Source: a virus (taxonomy: Duplodnaviria; Caudoviricetes). From it: a stretch of 36,334 bases of DNA. The position numbers and the translations under genes were made by a program. Shown here in pieces: positions 9,172 to 19,324 of this stretch. The stretch lies in the IMG/VR virus record IMGVR_UViG_3300042363_001352, positions 1 through 36,334 of that record; one strand, written 5' to 3'. The stretch's first letter is position 1. Each line of letters starts with the position of its first letter. The notes beneath the pieces are model-generated. The model made no database searches. It was not told the DNA's origin and saw only the letters and a program-made list of their open reading frames with translations.

Positions 9172-9184
9172 AAATATTATTATA

Positions 9185-9193
9185 TGGTATAAT
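9185..9193 (+). promoter_or_regulatory. Extended -10 promoter, probably for a leaderless transcript
   Basis: TGGTATAAT lies 6 nt upstream of ATG9200, with no Shine-Dalgarno. Confidence 0.5.
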
Positions 9194-9199
9194 TATTAT

Positions 9200-9517
9200 A
9201 TGACTCAAGTAAATAATCCATTAGACATTTTAGGAAAATGGACACTATCTGTAAATACCCCATTTGGCGAAGAAGATTACGCATTGAATATAGAGGCAAC
9301 AAATTCTTTTTTTTCCGGATCAGTGTCTCACGAAAAAGGCTCTTCAGTAATCTATGATGCTAGTTTTGTAGATAATACTTTTCATTGTTTTGTGCAAACA
9401 GAATTTCCTATTAAAACAACCGTATCAATAACTGCAGATCTAATAGAAAATAATAAAATAGCTGGAATATTAGAGATGGACCAGTATCTAACGACTTCAT
9501 TTATTGGAGTTAAATGA
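9200..9517 (+). CDS. Small beta-rich hypothetical protein
   Basis: LGKWTLSVNTPFGEEDYALNI...FSGSV has an alternating beta-strand pattern; start placed at ATG9200. Confidence 0.6.
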   Translation: MTQVNNPLDILGKWTLSVNTPFGEEDYALNIEATNSFFSGSVSHEKGSSVIYDASFVDNTFHCFVQTEFPIKTTVSITADLIENNKIAGILEMDQYLTTSFIGVK

Positions 9518-10131
9518 TGTCTTTTTACAATTTTTCAGCTTCTTCAATACATGGAAGAGAAGATTATCTTTCTGAATTTAAAGGCAAGATAACATTAGTC
9601 GTAAATATAGCCAGCAAATTTGGTTATGAACCCCAGTGTTCAAAATTATGGTCATACGCAAGAACATGTAGACAACTTGGACAATTGCAGTCCGTACATG
9701 AGGAGTTTAGCGATAGAGGTTTTTCTGTATTAGCATTCCCTTGCAATCAGTTTGGATCAATGGATCCTGGTACTAATGAAGAAATAGCAGATTTTATTAA
9801 ACAAAATTATTCTTTTGTTACTTTTCCTATTTTTGAAAAAGTTGAAGTAAATGGAAAAAATGAACACGAAGCCTTTGCCTTTCTTAAGGGTTATGAAAAA
9901 AGAGCTTATTCAGACTTTGCAGCAGACGGTAGTGAAGAGGCTCAAAAGGGTCAAAACCTAGCAGGCCAAGCAATGGCAAGAATCTCCCATAACTATGAAA
10001 AGTTTTTAATTAGCAGAGATGGAATGATGATATCTAGGTTTAACTGGCAAGACATGCCATTAGATGAAACTCCTAGAATTCAAGGTGCAGGGTGGACCAT
10101 TAGGCAAGCTATAGATGAGGTATTGGGATAA
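9514..10131 (+). CDS. Glutathione peroxidase-fold protein with non-canonical active site
   Basis: KGKITLVVNIASKFG, VLAFPCNQFG, FPIFEKVEVNG and HNYEKFLI are Gpx signatures, but the catalytic C/Q/W positions read F/M/H. Confidence 0.85.
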   Translation: MMSFYNFSASSIHGREDYLSEFKGKITLVVNIASKFGYEPQCSKLWSYARTCRQLGQLQSVHEEFSDRGFSVLAFPCNQFGSMDPGTNEEIADFIKQNYSFVTFPIFEKVEVNGKNEHEAFAFLKGYEKRAYSDFAADGSEEAQKGQNLAGQAMARISHNYEKFLISRDGMMISRFNWQDMPLDETPRIQGAGWTIRQAIDEVLG

Positions 10132-11243
10132 TGGAAGATAGTAGTTCTTTTTTTAAAAAAGATGAATCAAGAATGAGCAGTACTGCATATCCGGTATCGC
10201 CTAAGTTTAATGAATCAACAATAAAAGAAATAGCGGATTTCGAAACAGAAGAATTAGCACCTGGTATAGTCGTGATTAGAAATGCATTTAAAATAGATCA
10301 AGATTTAGTTCTTAGCCATATAGATTCAAGAGCTGAAGAAGCACATAAAAATAGATGGTCATACAAAGAAATAGATGGCGTTACATATGGAATTAATGAA
10401 GACGGATTTAAATATAGGATGGAAGATGTTCCGGCAGCTCCAGTGAGAATATTAGATCCAGTAAACCCTAAGACTGAAGAAGAAGTAAAAAATTTCTTTA
10501 TTTATTTAGAAGATCAAATATACAAAGGTTTAATTAAATACATAGATCATTACCCATTAATGATTGGGTCTATTTGGTGGAAGACTAGAGGTCATATACT
10601 TAGGTATGGTGATGGTGGAATACTAGGGTGCCACGCTGATAACGACACAAATTACAAAGTAACTAATGGCGTTAGATACATGCCTAAGGGCATGGTTGCC
10701 TCTAGGCAGACCTGTGGAGCATTGTTGTATCTAAATGATTGCGTCGATGATGAAAGCGAACTAGATGGCAGAAACTTTACTGGTGGACATCTAAGATTTG
10801 TTCATTTAGGGGTTTCTTATAAGCCTCAAAAAGGAGATATTATATTCTTTCCGACAAACTACGTCGCAGCACACGATGTAGGAAGAATGGGTAACGGAGT
10901 TAGATATTCTTATCTAACATTCTTTGGACAAGGATCGTCTGACATACCGGCCAATGTGGTGATATCTGAACCATCAGAAAGTTTTGAATGGTGTCCCCCT
11001 GTGTGGTTCAATAATATTTATGACGATTACGAAATGTATTGCAGAACGCCTTATTCAAGATGGGAAAACAGATCAGCAGAATTTGGAGTAGAGGCTGGGT
11101 GGAATCCAGTTTACCAGGGTAGAGAAGTCACTCAATATTCACAAAGTCATGATATCGTTGAAGTTGATAAACAAGAGGAATTAAAACAATCAGATAACAC
11201 TTTGTCAGAAGGGCCATGCGGTACAGAACCTAGGTTGATATAG
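10131..11243 (+). CDS. 2OG-Fe(II) oxygenase, P4H-like (tandem subfamily 1/4)
   Basis: WWKTRGHILRY...CHADND...LYLND...GGHLRF...AAHDV...RYSY. Confidence 0.88.
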   Translation: MEDSSSFFKKDESRMSSTAYPVSPKFNESTIKEIADFETEELAPGIVVIRNAFKIDQDLVLSHIDSRAEEAHKNRWSYKEIDGVTYGINEDGFKYRMEDVPAAPVRILDPVNPKTEEEVKNFFIYLEDQIYKGLIKYIDHYPLMIGSIWWKTRGHILRYGDGGILGCHADNDTNYKVTNGVRYMPKGMVASRQTCGALLYLNDCVDDESELDGRNFTGGHLRFVHLGVSYKPQKGDIIFFPTNYVAAHDVGRMGNGVRYSYLTFFGQGSSDIPANVVISEPSESFEWCPPVWFNNIYDDYEMYCRTPYSRWENRSAEFGVEAGWNPVYQGREVTQYSQSHDIVEVDKQEELKQSDNTLSEGPCGTEPRLI

Positions 11244-12160
11244 TGTTTCAGATAAAAGAAGAAAATATAGAGATACATGATATGGGAATTGTTCTTTTTA
11301 AGAATGTACTCCCAATGCAAGATCATGGTTATATATTAGATTTTGCTAAAAGCCTACGTCTACAGGCTTTAAAGGATGATTTTACTTTTATTAACGATGA
11401 TCTAGGTAATCCGTTGTATGCAATCAACAGAAGTGGGCATAGGTATGCTTTAGAAGATGTAGAAATTGCATCTAATCATATTATGAACTTTATGCACGAG
11501 GGGTTGGGTCAAGAATATTTTGCTTTCTTTAAAGCATGTGAAGATACCCTCTACGCCTGTATGCTTAGATACGTAGAGATATTCCCTATGATTCTTACCT
11601 GTTTATGGTGGAGAACTCAAGGTCATATAGTGGGTTATGGAAAAGGTGGAAGATTTGGCAAGCACTGTGATAATGATGTTAATTACCAACCAGGAGCAGA
11701 ACCCGATCAACAGTTAGCTATAAGAAATGTTTTAGGTGGTCTTATTTATTTTAATGATTCCGTTAATGAGATTCAAGATAAACATGATTACGTAGGCGGT
11801 GAAATAGTTTTTCCTTACGCTAAATTTACTTATTTCCCAAAAGCTGGAGACGTTTTAATGTTTCCTTCTAATTATTTAGGAACACACAAGGTTATGGAAT
11901 GTAAAGAGGGAGAAAGATACGCTTATGTTGGCTATTTTGCACATGGATCAAGTGATCCAAATAGAGGGGTAAATATCAGACAGCCTTCTGAAGTAATGGA
12001 TAGCGGGCAAGTATGGATGCCAGATATAGTTAATGACTATTTGGAGGCAATAAAAAGAAAACATGCAAATACAGATCCAGAGTTAATGTCACTTTTAACT
12101 GAAGCCGCTAACAGACCAATGACAAGCAATGATACCAATGAAGAAATTGGAAGATTATGA
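11243..12160 (+). CDS. 2OG-Fe(II) oxygenase, P4H-like (tandem subfamily 2/4)
   Basis: WWRTQGHIVGY...KHCDND...IYFND...GGEIVF...GTHKV...RYAY. Confidence 0.88.
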   Translation: MFQIKEENIEIHDMGIVLFKNVLPMQDHGYILDFAKSLRLQALKDDFTFINDDLGNPLYAINRSGHRYALEDVEIASNHIMNFMHEGLGQEYFAFFKACEDTLYACMLRYVEIFPMILTCLWWRTQGHIVGYGKGGRFGKHCDNDVNYQPGAEPDQQLAIRNVLGGLIYFNDSVNEIQDKHDYVGGEIVFPYAKFTYFPKAGDVLMFPSNYLGTHKVMECKEGERYAYVGYFAHGSSDPNRGVNIRQPSEVMDSGQVWMPDIVNDYLEAIKRKHANTDPELMSLLTEAANRPMTSNDTNEEIGRL

Positions 12161-13038
12161 TATTCAATAAAGTGGAACCAAAACACTTAGGTGGTGGAGT
12201 TGTAGTATTTGAAGGTTGTATAGATTTAGATTGGGAGAATTTACTCAAGAGATCAAATAACCTAATAGAAGAAGAATGGAACGAGATGTACTCTCCGGGG
12301 ATAGACCCTGAAACTGGTGAAGAGATATACGTGAATAAAAGTGGGTACTTCTTTAATAGGGACAGCATTGACTTAATGCCAAAAAGAGCTAGCGCTATAC
12401 ACTACAAAGACAATGAAGATTTACGTGATTTTTTGTCTTTTATAGAGTCAGTAAAAGACAAATGCTTGCTGCAATATTTTGAATTATTTCCATTAGCTTA
12501 CAAATGTGTATGGTGGAAAGTTAAAGGTCACATATTGCAATATCCAAAAAATGTTTATCTTGGTTCCCATTCCGATATTAGTGGTGATTATATATACGGC
12601 GTATTAGAACCTCAAGATCAATTAGCTTTGAGGAATGTTGTAACAAGTTTAGTATACTTTAATGATTCTGTTGATACCGAAGAAGAATTAAACGGTCAAA
12701 ATTATATTGGTGGACATCATTATTTTAACTATTTAGATATAGATTATTCTCCAAAAAAAGGTGATATATTATTTTTCCCATCCAACTACATGGCTGCCCA
12801 TGAAGTTAAGCCAGTTAAAGAAGGTTTTAGATATAGTTATCTTGGATGGTATAGTCAGGGAACTCCAAATCCAGCAGTTCACGAATATGTAGCAGATCCA
12901 TTAAAAGACCCAGAATTGTCAAAAAAAGCTACAAATATTTACATGCCTACACTTAGGGAAGATTTAAAGAAGCATTTATTAGAATCTGGATACAAAGAAG
13001 ATTCACCACAATTTTATATTACGAAATCAAATTATTAA
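12157..13038 (+). CDS. 2OG-Fe(II) oxygenase, P4H-like (tandem subfamily 3/4)
   Basis: WWKVKGHILQY...SHSD...VYFND...GGHHYF...AAHEV...RYSY. Confidence 0.88.
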   Translation: MIFNKVEPKHLGGGVVVFEGCIDLDWENLLKRSNNLIEEEWNEMYSPGIDPETGEEIYVNKSGYFFNRDSIDLMPKRASAIHYKDNEDLRDFLSFIESVKDKCLLQYFELFPLAYKCVWWKVKGHILQYPKNVYLGSHSDISGDYIYGVLEPQDQLALRNVVTSLVYFNDSVDTEEELNGQNYIGGHHYFNYLDIDYSPKKGDILFFPSNYMAAHEVKPVKEGFRYSYLGWYSQGTPNPAVHEYVADPLKDPELSKKATNIYMPTLREDLKKHLLESGYKEDSPQFYITKSNY

Positions 13039-13046
13039 GGATAGTT

Positions 13047-13853
13047 ATGAAATCAAAACACATTGGAATGGGAGTAGTAATATGCGAAGACGTAGTTGAT
13101 ATAGACCAGGACTTTCTTTTTGAATATATCAATTGGCTTCGCATTAATGAAGAGGAAACTTTTACTTATCATGAAGAAGACGGCGAAAAGTACGCAGTAA
13201 ATAAAACTGGCTTTAAATTTAAACTACAAGATATTCAGCAAGCCCCACAAAGATTTTTAAATACAAAAGGAAAAAATTTACAAGTAGAAGTCCCTAAAAA
13301 ATACATTGATTTCATTGATAGCTTAGAAGAAGCTGTTTACCAAGCATTAGTTGAATACTGTTGCTACTTTCCTGATGCAGCAACAACATCATGGTGGAGA
13401 CCCACTGGACATATAGCTGGTTATGAAGATGGTCAAAGAATAGGTTTGCATTGTGATGATCAAGTCCCATATGAATGGGGTAAAGAAACCGGAAATCAAG
13501 TATCAATGCACAATAGTTCAAGTATCAATCTTTACCTTAATGATTGCGTAGCCAATCAGGAAGAAATGAATGACTATACTTATTTAGGTGGAGAAATTCA
13601 TTTCCCTAATGTACCATATGTTTATAGGCCAAAAATTGGCAGTGTTGCCATATATCCATCTTCATACATTGGTAGACATGAGGTATATCCAGTAATTAGT
13701 GGTCAGAGATATGCATTTTTAAGCATAGCTTGTTATGGAACTTCTTTTGAGCAGAAAGAAAAAGTGGGGCAAGAAAATCCACATAAGTTTTGGATGCCAG
13801 AGATAATTAACGATGTTAATAAAAAAAGAACAAATAAACAATACACATTGTAG
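13047..13853 (+). CDS. 2OG-Fe(II) oxygenase, P4H-like (tandem subfamily 4/4)
   Basis: WWRPTGHIAGY...LHCDD...LYLND...GGEIHF...GRHEV...RYAF. Confidence 0.88.
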   Translation: MKSKHIGMGVVICEDVVDIDQDFLFEYINWLRINEEETFTYHEEDGEKYAVNKTGFKFKLQDIQQAPQRFLNTKGKNLQVEVPKKYIDFIDSLEEAVYQALVEYCCYFPDAATTSWWRPTGHIAGYEDGQRIGLHCDDQVPYEWGKETGNQVSMHNSSSINLYLNDCVANQEEMNDYTYLGGEIHFPNVPYVYRPKIGSVAIYPSSYIGRHEVYPVISGQRYAFLSIACYGTSFEQKEKVGQENPHKFWMPEIINDVNKKRTNKQYTL

Positions 13854-13868
13854 AATCGAGAAATTTAT

Positions 13869-14450
13869 ATGTATAGAGGAAATTCTTCTCAAGAAAAATT
13901 TGTAATAGAAATTTTTAATGGAAAAAAAGATGGAGTATATGTAGAATTAGGAGCTTTTGATTCTAAATTAGGAAGTAATACATTTTATCTTGAATCAGAC
14001 TATGATTGGAGTGGCGTATCTTTTGAGGTATCAGAAGATAGAAAACTTGAGTTTCAAACTAATAGAAAAAATCCTTGTTTCGGAGATGCTCTTGAATTTA
14101 ATTATATATCATATTTTGAAAATAATAATTTTCCAAAACAGATTGATTATCTACAGGTAGATATAGATGGCGGATACCAGGAGGATGGAAGACCTTTTGG
14201 TAATCATTATCTGAGCTTACTTGGTTTAATATCTCTTCCATTAACACAGTATAGATTCTCTATTATTACCTTTGAACACGATGCTAATATGTATTTTAGA
14301 AACTCTGCCATGAGAGATGCTCAAAGAGAAATATTAGATAGTTTAGGATATGCGCTAGTCGTAAGAGAAAAACATGAGGATTGGTGGGTTGATCCGGCAG
14401 TTTTTCCTATTAATGATTTTAGAAAATACTTAAGATGGGAGACTTTATAA
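13869..14450 (+). CDS. FkbM-family (Methyltransf_21-like) SAM methyltransferase
   Basis: SQEKFV...GVYVELGAFD...SNTFYLE...WSGVSFE...IDYLQVDID...ITFEHD. Confidence 0.8.
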   Translation: MYRGNSSQEKFVIEIFNGKKDGVYVELGAFDSKLGSNTFYLESDYDWSGVSFEVSEDRKLEFQTNRKNPCFGDALEFNYISYFENNNFPKQIDYLQVDIDGGYQEDGRPFGNHYLSLLGLISLPLTQYRFSIITFEHDANMYFRNSAMRDAQREILDSLGYALVVREKHEDWWVDPAVFPINDFRKYLRWETL

Positions 14451-14453
14451 AAA

Positions 14454-14999
14454 ATGTACCCAACAGTAATCATAGAAAATTTAATAGAGGAAGATAAGCT
14501 TAATTTAATTCAGTCTTCTTTTTATGATTTAAATTTTCAATTAAATCCTTCTGCAAAACAAGAAACATATTCAACATTGCGATCTTATTCTGTAGATGAA
14601 AATTTTCCTTACTATAATTTTATAAAAAAAATAAATGAAAAAATAGAGAACCACATTAAAGCTCATTATTCTAAAGAAGTTGAATCATATACTGGGCAGT
14701 CAATAGTCAGGTATGTTGAGAATCAGTTCATAGATATGCATAAAGACTGGGAACCCAAAGATAAATGGGTTATTTTAAATAATAAAAAAACAGTTCATTT
14801 AAGTTCTGTTTTTTATTTCAATGATAATTATTCTGGTGGAGATTTAGTTTTTTATAATAATAATAAAGAAAAGTATTTTTTTATAAAACCTAAAAAAAAT
14901 TGTGTTATATTATTCGACGCACTTCAAACTCACTCTACTGTTCCTATTATTTCTGGGGTAAAGTATTCTTACACAAATTTTTATACTTTAAAGGATTAA
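14454..14999 (+). CDS. 2OG-Fe(II) oxygenase, P4H-like
   Basis: IVRY...MHKD...[14 protein letters not shown]...THST...GVKYS. Confidence 0.88.
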   Translation: MYPTVIIENLIEEDKLNLIQSSFYDLNFQLNPSAKQETYSTLRSYSVDENFPYYNFIKKINEKIENHIKAHYSKEVESYTGQSIVRYVENQFIDMHKDWEPKDKWVILNNKKTVHLSSVFYFNDNYSGGDLVFYNNNKEKYFFIKPKKNCVILFDALQTHSTVPIISGVKYSYTNFYTLKD

Positions 15000-15001
15000 A
15001 A

Positions 15002-15922
15002 ATGTTTAATTTAGATTTAAGTTACAAAGAGATATATCCATATATACATGTATACAATAAGTTACTTCCAGACGCTGATAACTTAGCAAGAGTTATGCGT
15101 AATTCCGAATTGCATAACGCAAACGGAATAATAAGTGAATGGAAAGATTGGTTTATATTTGGAAAATATTCCCACATAAATAGTTACGATTCTCTTGAAA
15201 GTTTCTATGAATCAAATTTTGATATTCATTTAAACGTTGAGGAAATGGGTTTAGTTGATAGAGTAAGTCAAGCAAATGTAGCAGCAATTACAAACTACAT
15301 TACAAAATATAATATATCTCTTCCAGAAAATAGCTATATAGATAGCCCGAATTTTGCTAGGTACGACCAAGATGTTGATACTGGGGAGAGAAAAACAATG
15401 CAATTTCATACAGACTATGCTATTGGAGAATGGTATTGGCCTGGAGAAAAATTTTTATTGACATGTACAACTTACTTGAATGATGACTACGAAGGAGGGG
15501 AAATTGTATTTTCAGTAAAAGACGATTTAATTTTTTATAAACCTAAAGCAGGAGATATTATAGTATTTCCATCCGGCTCTCCACTATTTCCTGGAAAAGA
15601 ACCATATTTTCATGCTGTGAAGATTGTTAAAAACCATAGCAAACTATTAATAAGAAACTATTTACGTCATAGTGTAGGTCCAACACAAAAGTGGATAGAT
15701 GGAGAAAAAGAATACGGAAAAGATAGATGGTATGAAATAGCTAAAAAAAGATCTGAAGATCATAATTCAATCGCTTTATTTTATGAAAATGAAGAATTTG
15801 TAAATTTAGAGAATATTGATAAAAGTAGAAAAATTAACAAATACTGCTCTGGATTAGTTACCACCCTTTATGGGATAGACGAGAAAGAGTACATAAAGAA
15901 GGATGGTGTTTCGTATGAGTAA
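15002..15922 (+). CDS. 2OG-Fe(II) oxygenase, P4H-like
   Basis: Start moved to ATG15002 (AAGGA RBS). FARY...QFHTD...[13 protein letters not shown]...YFHAV...K. Confidence 0.88.
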   Translation: MFNLDLSYKEIYPYIHVYNKLLPDADNLARVMRNSELHNANGIISEWKDWFIFGKYSHINSYDSLESFYESNFDIHLNVEEMGLVDRVSQANVAAITNYITKYNISLPENSYIDSPNFARYDQDVDTGERKTMQFHTDYAIGEWYWPGEKFLLTCTTYLNDDYEGGEIVFSVKDDLIFYKPKAGDIIVFPSGSPLFPGKEPYFHAVKIVKNHSKLLIRNYLRHSVGPTQKWIDGEKEYGKDRWYEIAKKRSEDHNSIALFYENEEFVNLENIDKSRKINKYCSGLVTTLYGIDEKEYIKKDGVSYE

Positions 15923-16031
15923 ATATTTTAAAAAACGTGTTAAACCAAATAAAAGTCATTAATAATAGGATCAGCAAAAAGAATTTTTTACTTTAAATCG
16001 TTACTATAACAACAGACAATAAGGGGTATAA

Positions 16032-16331
16032 ATGAGTCTTTTATATAATCAGTTTCTATCGTATGATGCCCCATCGATTACATATAGTGGCAATATAGGC
16101 GTTTCTCCTTCTAGTATTTTAAATCCTATTCAAATAGGCAATCCAAATATAACTTCTACTGCAATAAATAATCAATCTAACGTAACGACAATTGGTGTTA
16201 TATCATATGACTTTGCTCCAAGCGGACAGATTACAGGAGTCATATCATATGACCTTGCTCCCATCGGACAAGTTGCAATGGAAGTAACATCTTCCCCCGG
16301 AACAGCTATCTTGACTTTGCAACAGATTTAA
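16032..16331 (+). CDS. Hypothetical (likely virion) protein with a 14-aa internal duplication
   Basis: AAGGGG RBS; GVISYDFAPSGQIT/GVISYDLAPIGQV repeat at 16194-16274. Confidence 0.65.
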   Translation: MSLLYNQFLSYDAPSITYSGNIGVSPSSILNPIQIGNPNITSTAINNQSNVTTIGVISYDFAPSGQITGVISYDLAPIGQVAMEVTSSPGTAILTLQQI

Positions 16332-16390
16332 CTATATATAAGATATTATTGCGCTACTATTCTATCTAAAGCTTTATTTTTGGAGATTAT

Positions 16391-17341
16391 ATGACTGCTG
16401 GAAATGTTCTAGTAAACGACACTGTAAGAATTAGGGTTAGATTTATAGATGTAGATCCAGCTACTGGTGATGAAATTGAAATTTCTCCAACTTTAGTTAC
16501 GGTTAATATATTTGACTCTGAAGATGTGGTAGTAGAAACTGGACAGGCTCAAGCAGTAAGTGGATCTACCTCTTCATACTACTATGACTTTACAGCTACA
16601 ATAGCGGGTGAATATAAAATAACTTTTGTTGGAACATTTGCAAATTCAACTTTTGTAAATGTAAATCAAAACCTATATGTTAGTAGTCAAACAGCAGAAT
16701 ACAGGCCAACAATAACTCTGTCAGCAGATGAGATTATAGCATTTGGAGCAGATATATTCCCACTTTACATAGATCCAGAAATGATTCAAAGTACATTCCC
16801 AGACGCAACAAAGCTTGAAATAGCAGAACTAATACATAATTTTTCTCAAGAAATAAATAGTATTTTTAGGATAAACTCTACAACAGCAGATCCAGTTGCT
16901 GTAATGGAAAGCTATGGCGTATCTCCTTATGGTGTAACAGAATACATTAAAGCTTCCACATGCTGTGAGCTTACTAGAGTGTATGGTTTTGGTGGAGACG
17001 ATGAATTGAGTATACAATTGGCTGATTTGCAAATTACAAATAGAAATACTCCAAGAAGTAATATAACAAGATCTAACGCTACAACCTGGTGTCAAATAGC
17101 AGCTGCTTTAAGAAAAGAGCTTTTATCAAAGAGAGTCGGAATGAGAGGCGTACAGCCAAAGGGAACTCCTAGAAGAGTGACTACTCCATCTGGAGCATCA
17201 TTAGACCTCCAAACTGGAGCACTTATATATATTAATGATACGAACGTATATGGCCCAAGGGACCTGTTCAGACAAGGCACAAGCGCCCAATCTGGCGTAG
17301 ACGACCCCATGCCAAGCAGGGGTATAAAGAGATATGATTAA
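16391..17341 (+). CDS. Putative neck/head-tail adaptor protein with N-terminal Ig-like domain
   Basis: Beta-sandwich-like N-terminus (YYYDFTATIAGEYKITF) and helical C-half; first gene of the head-tail block. Function inferred from position. Confidence 0.5.
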   Translation: MTAGNVLVNDTVRIRVRFIDVDPATGDEIEISPTLVTVNIFDSEDVVVETGQAQAVSGSTSSYYYDFTATIAGEYKITFVGTFANSTFVNVNQNLYVSSQTAEYRPTITLSADEIIAFGADIFPLYIDPEMIQSTFPDATKLEIAELIHNFSQEINSIFRINSTTADPVAVMESYGVSPYGVTEYIKASTCCELTRVYGFGGDDELSIQLADLQITNRNTPRSNITRSNATTWCQIAAALRKELLSKRVGMRGVQPKGTPRRVTTPSGASLDLQTGALIYINDTNVYGPRDLFRQGTSAQSGVDDPMPSRGIKRYD

Positions 17342-17714
17342 TGCTAAAAATATTATTAAAAAGATATTAAGAGAATGGGGTCATGATATACTTTATCAAA
17401 GAAGAATATCTGACGATTTTACATACTCATCTGTAATGGAAAGAATAACTACAAGAAGTCAGTTAGCTAAGTCATCTAGAATTTCATCAACCTTAGAAGA
17501 AGAAACAGAAGGTTATTTTGTTAATTCTGATTTAGTATATTATTTTGAATCTTCAGTAAATCCTCAATCTGGGGATAGAATATATGAAGAATCTTTTAAA
17601 AATTTAGATGAAACAATAATTTATAAAATAGACGATTCGTACGGTGTTAGAGGACGTTTTGGTGAAATAAATTACTGGATAGTTGGAGCAACAAAGGAAA
17701 CGCCAGCAGGATAA
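17334..17714 (+). CDS. Putative head-closure/head-completion protein
   Basis: 126 aa, ILREWGHDILYQRR...PQSGDRIYE...YKID...RGRFG; size and position upstream of the sheath genes. Confidence 0.5.
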   Translation: MINAKNIIKKILREWGHDILYQRRISDDFTYSSVMERITTRSQLAKSSRISSTLEEETEGYFVNSDLVYYFESSVNPQSGDRIYEESFKNLDETIIYKIDDSYGVRGRFGEINYWIVGATKETPAG

Positions 17715-17715
17715 T

Positions 17716-19324
17716 ATGTTACTAGTAAGTCCAGGAACAGTAGTAGAGGTTCCATTTGTATACAGATCTGGGTACACATATGTCGATCCTGATATCAGTA
17801 TAACATTATTATTTAAAAGACGGTTTTAATACAGCAGGACCGGTTATATCTGGTCCATATGTTTGGACTCCAGACTCAGGCAACTGGGCTGCGTATAGCG
17901 GTTATGCTGTAGGTTTTGAAGATAAAGACATAACTACGGTTGGTTTAAAAAGAGAATCTGAAGGTTCTTTTATAGTTAAACTAAAAATTCCAGAAAACCT
18001 TTTTGATGGAATATATACAATTCAAATAAACGCTGTAGTAGATGGACTATCTGTATCAAAAGAAATAAACGTTCAATCATCTAATGGATATCAGTCATAC
18101 GAAAATTCTTTTGATTTAGGTTCAAAGTCTATAAAAATAGGTAATAGATCTTTGTATGAAAATATTGGAGATTCAACAACTCAAAATATATTATTGATAG
18201 GTCATACAGATGCTATAGAGCCCTATGGAATAGTCAAATTAAAATCTATTCAAGATGGAATAAGTATATTAAGAGGTGACACAAAGTCTCCACTACTTAG
18301 AGGCATGTTTGATGCTTATGCGTGTGGCGCTAGAGATATATACATAATGTCGTGTGGATACATGAGCGAATACATAGAAGAAGTAAGCGATAGAAATATA
18401 GAAATATTTTCTGATGACAGCTCAACGCCAAACCAATATTCTTTTTATGATTTATACCATTTAAGATTAAATGAATGCTACCAGCTGTTGAGAGATTATG
18501 AATTTTTAAATATAATAGTTCCATTAGAGACTTCAATAATAAATACTGGACTTAATAATTTTGTTGAGCAACTTGCAACACATTGTGAATTTATGCAAAC
18601 AGAAACAGGCGAAGTACAATTTGGAATAATAGGTTCTAGAAATAATGGACTATCGGTATCAGATATTGATCTATTGGAAGAAAAAGATTTTAACTTAAAT
18701 GTACTAGTAGACCCTAATGGATACATTATCTCCGATAAAGGTAGACATGTAATTTTAATTTACGGGGAAATAATTTTAAGCCACAAACAACTACAGGTAA
18801 GTTATTCCAGCTCACCTGCTGCAGCAGTAGCTGGAATGATATCATCTACTATGATTGACAGAGGGCTAACTAAAGCAAGAATACCAGCAGCTTTTTCAAT
18901 CTATGGAGTAGACCTAAATGCTGCGCAAGTAAAAAGGCTTCAAGACATAGGAATTAATACTATAGTTAGAGGTCAAAGATCTAGAAGAGCAGCAATTTTT
19001 GACGTATCTTTAAGTAGTGATTATACTCAATCAATTAGTGAATCCTACAAGGATTGCAGTAATATTAGGCTGGTATCTTTAGTGATTAGAGAAATTCAAT
19101 CTTTGGGAAATCTTGCCGTTGGTAAATTTGGATATGAAAAAATCATATCGTATGTACAAGAATTTTTATCGGCACTACAAAGTTCTAGAGTAATAGTTGA
19201 CTATTCCATGGATGCTTCTGCAGATAGATACAACAAAGGAACAATCTATTTTAATATATCGATTACTTCTTCTAGAACTTTAAGGCAAATTTCTTTTAAT
19301 GTTTCCACAGGTAAGGGAGCGTAA
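17716..19324 (+). CDS. Tail-sheath paralogue with N-terminal extension, ~535 aa, needs a +1 frameshift at CGG 17821-17823
   Basis: ATG17716 reads MLLVSPGTVVEVPFVYRSGYTYVDPDISITLLFKR-CGG-TTT-TAA. The +1 frame from 17822 (GFNTAGPVISGP...) is open and continuous with the 18152..19324 ORF, whose C-terminus is sheath-like (GINTIVRG, NIRLVSLVIREI, IYFNISITSSRTLRQISFNV). Confidence 0.7.

Noticed and set aside
9610-9630. Selenocysteine in the Gpx-like gene
   Set aside because: The active-site codon is TTT, not TGA.
15915-15962. 15-aa [18 protein letters not shown] overlapping the oxygenase stop
   Set aside because: Too short and unsupported; possibly a gene remnant.
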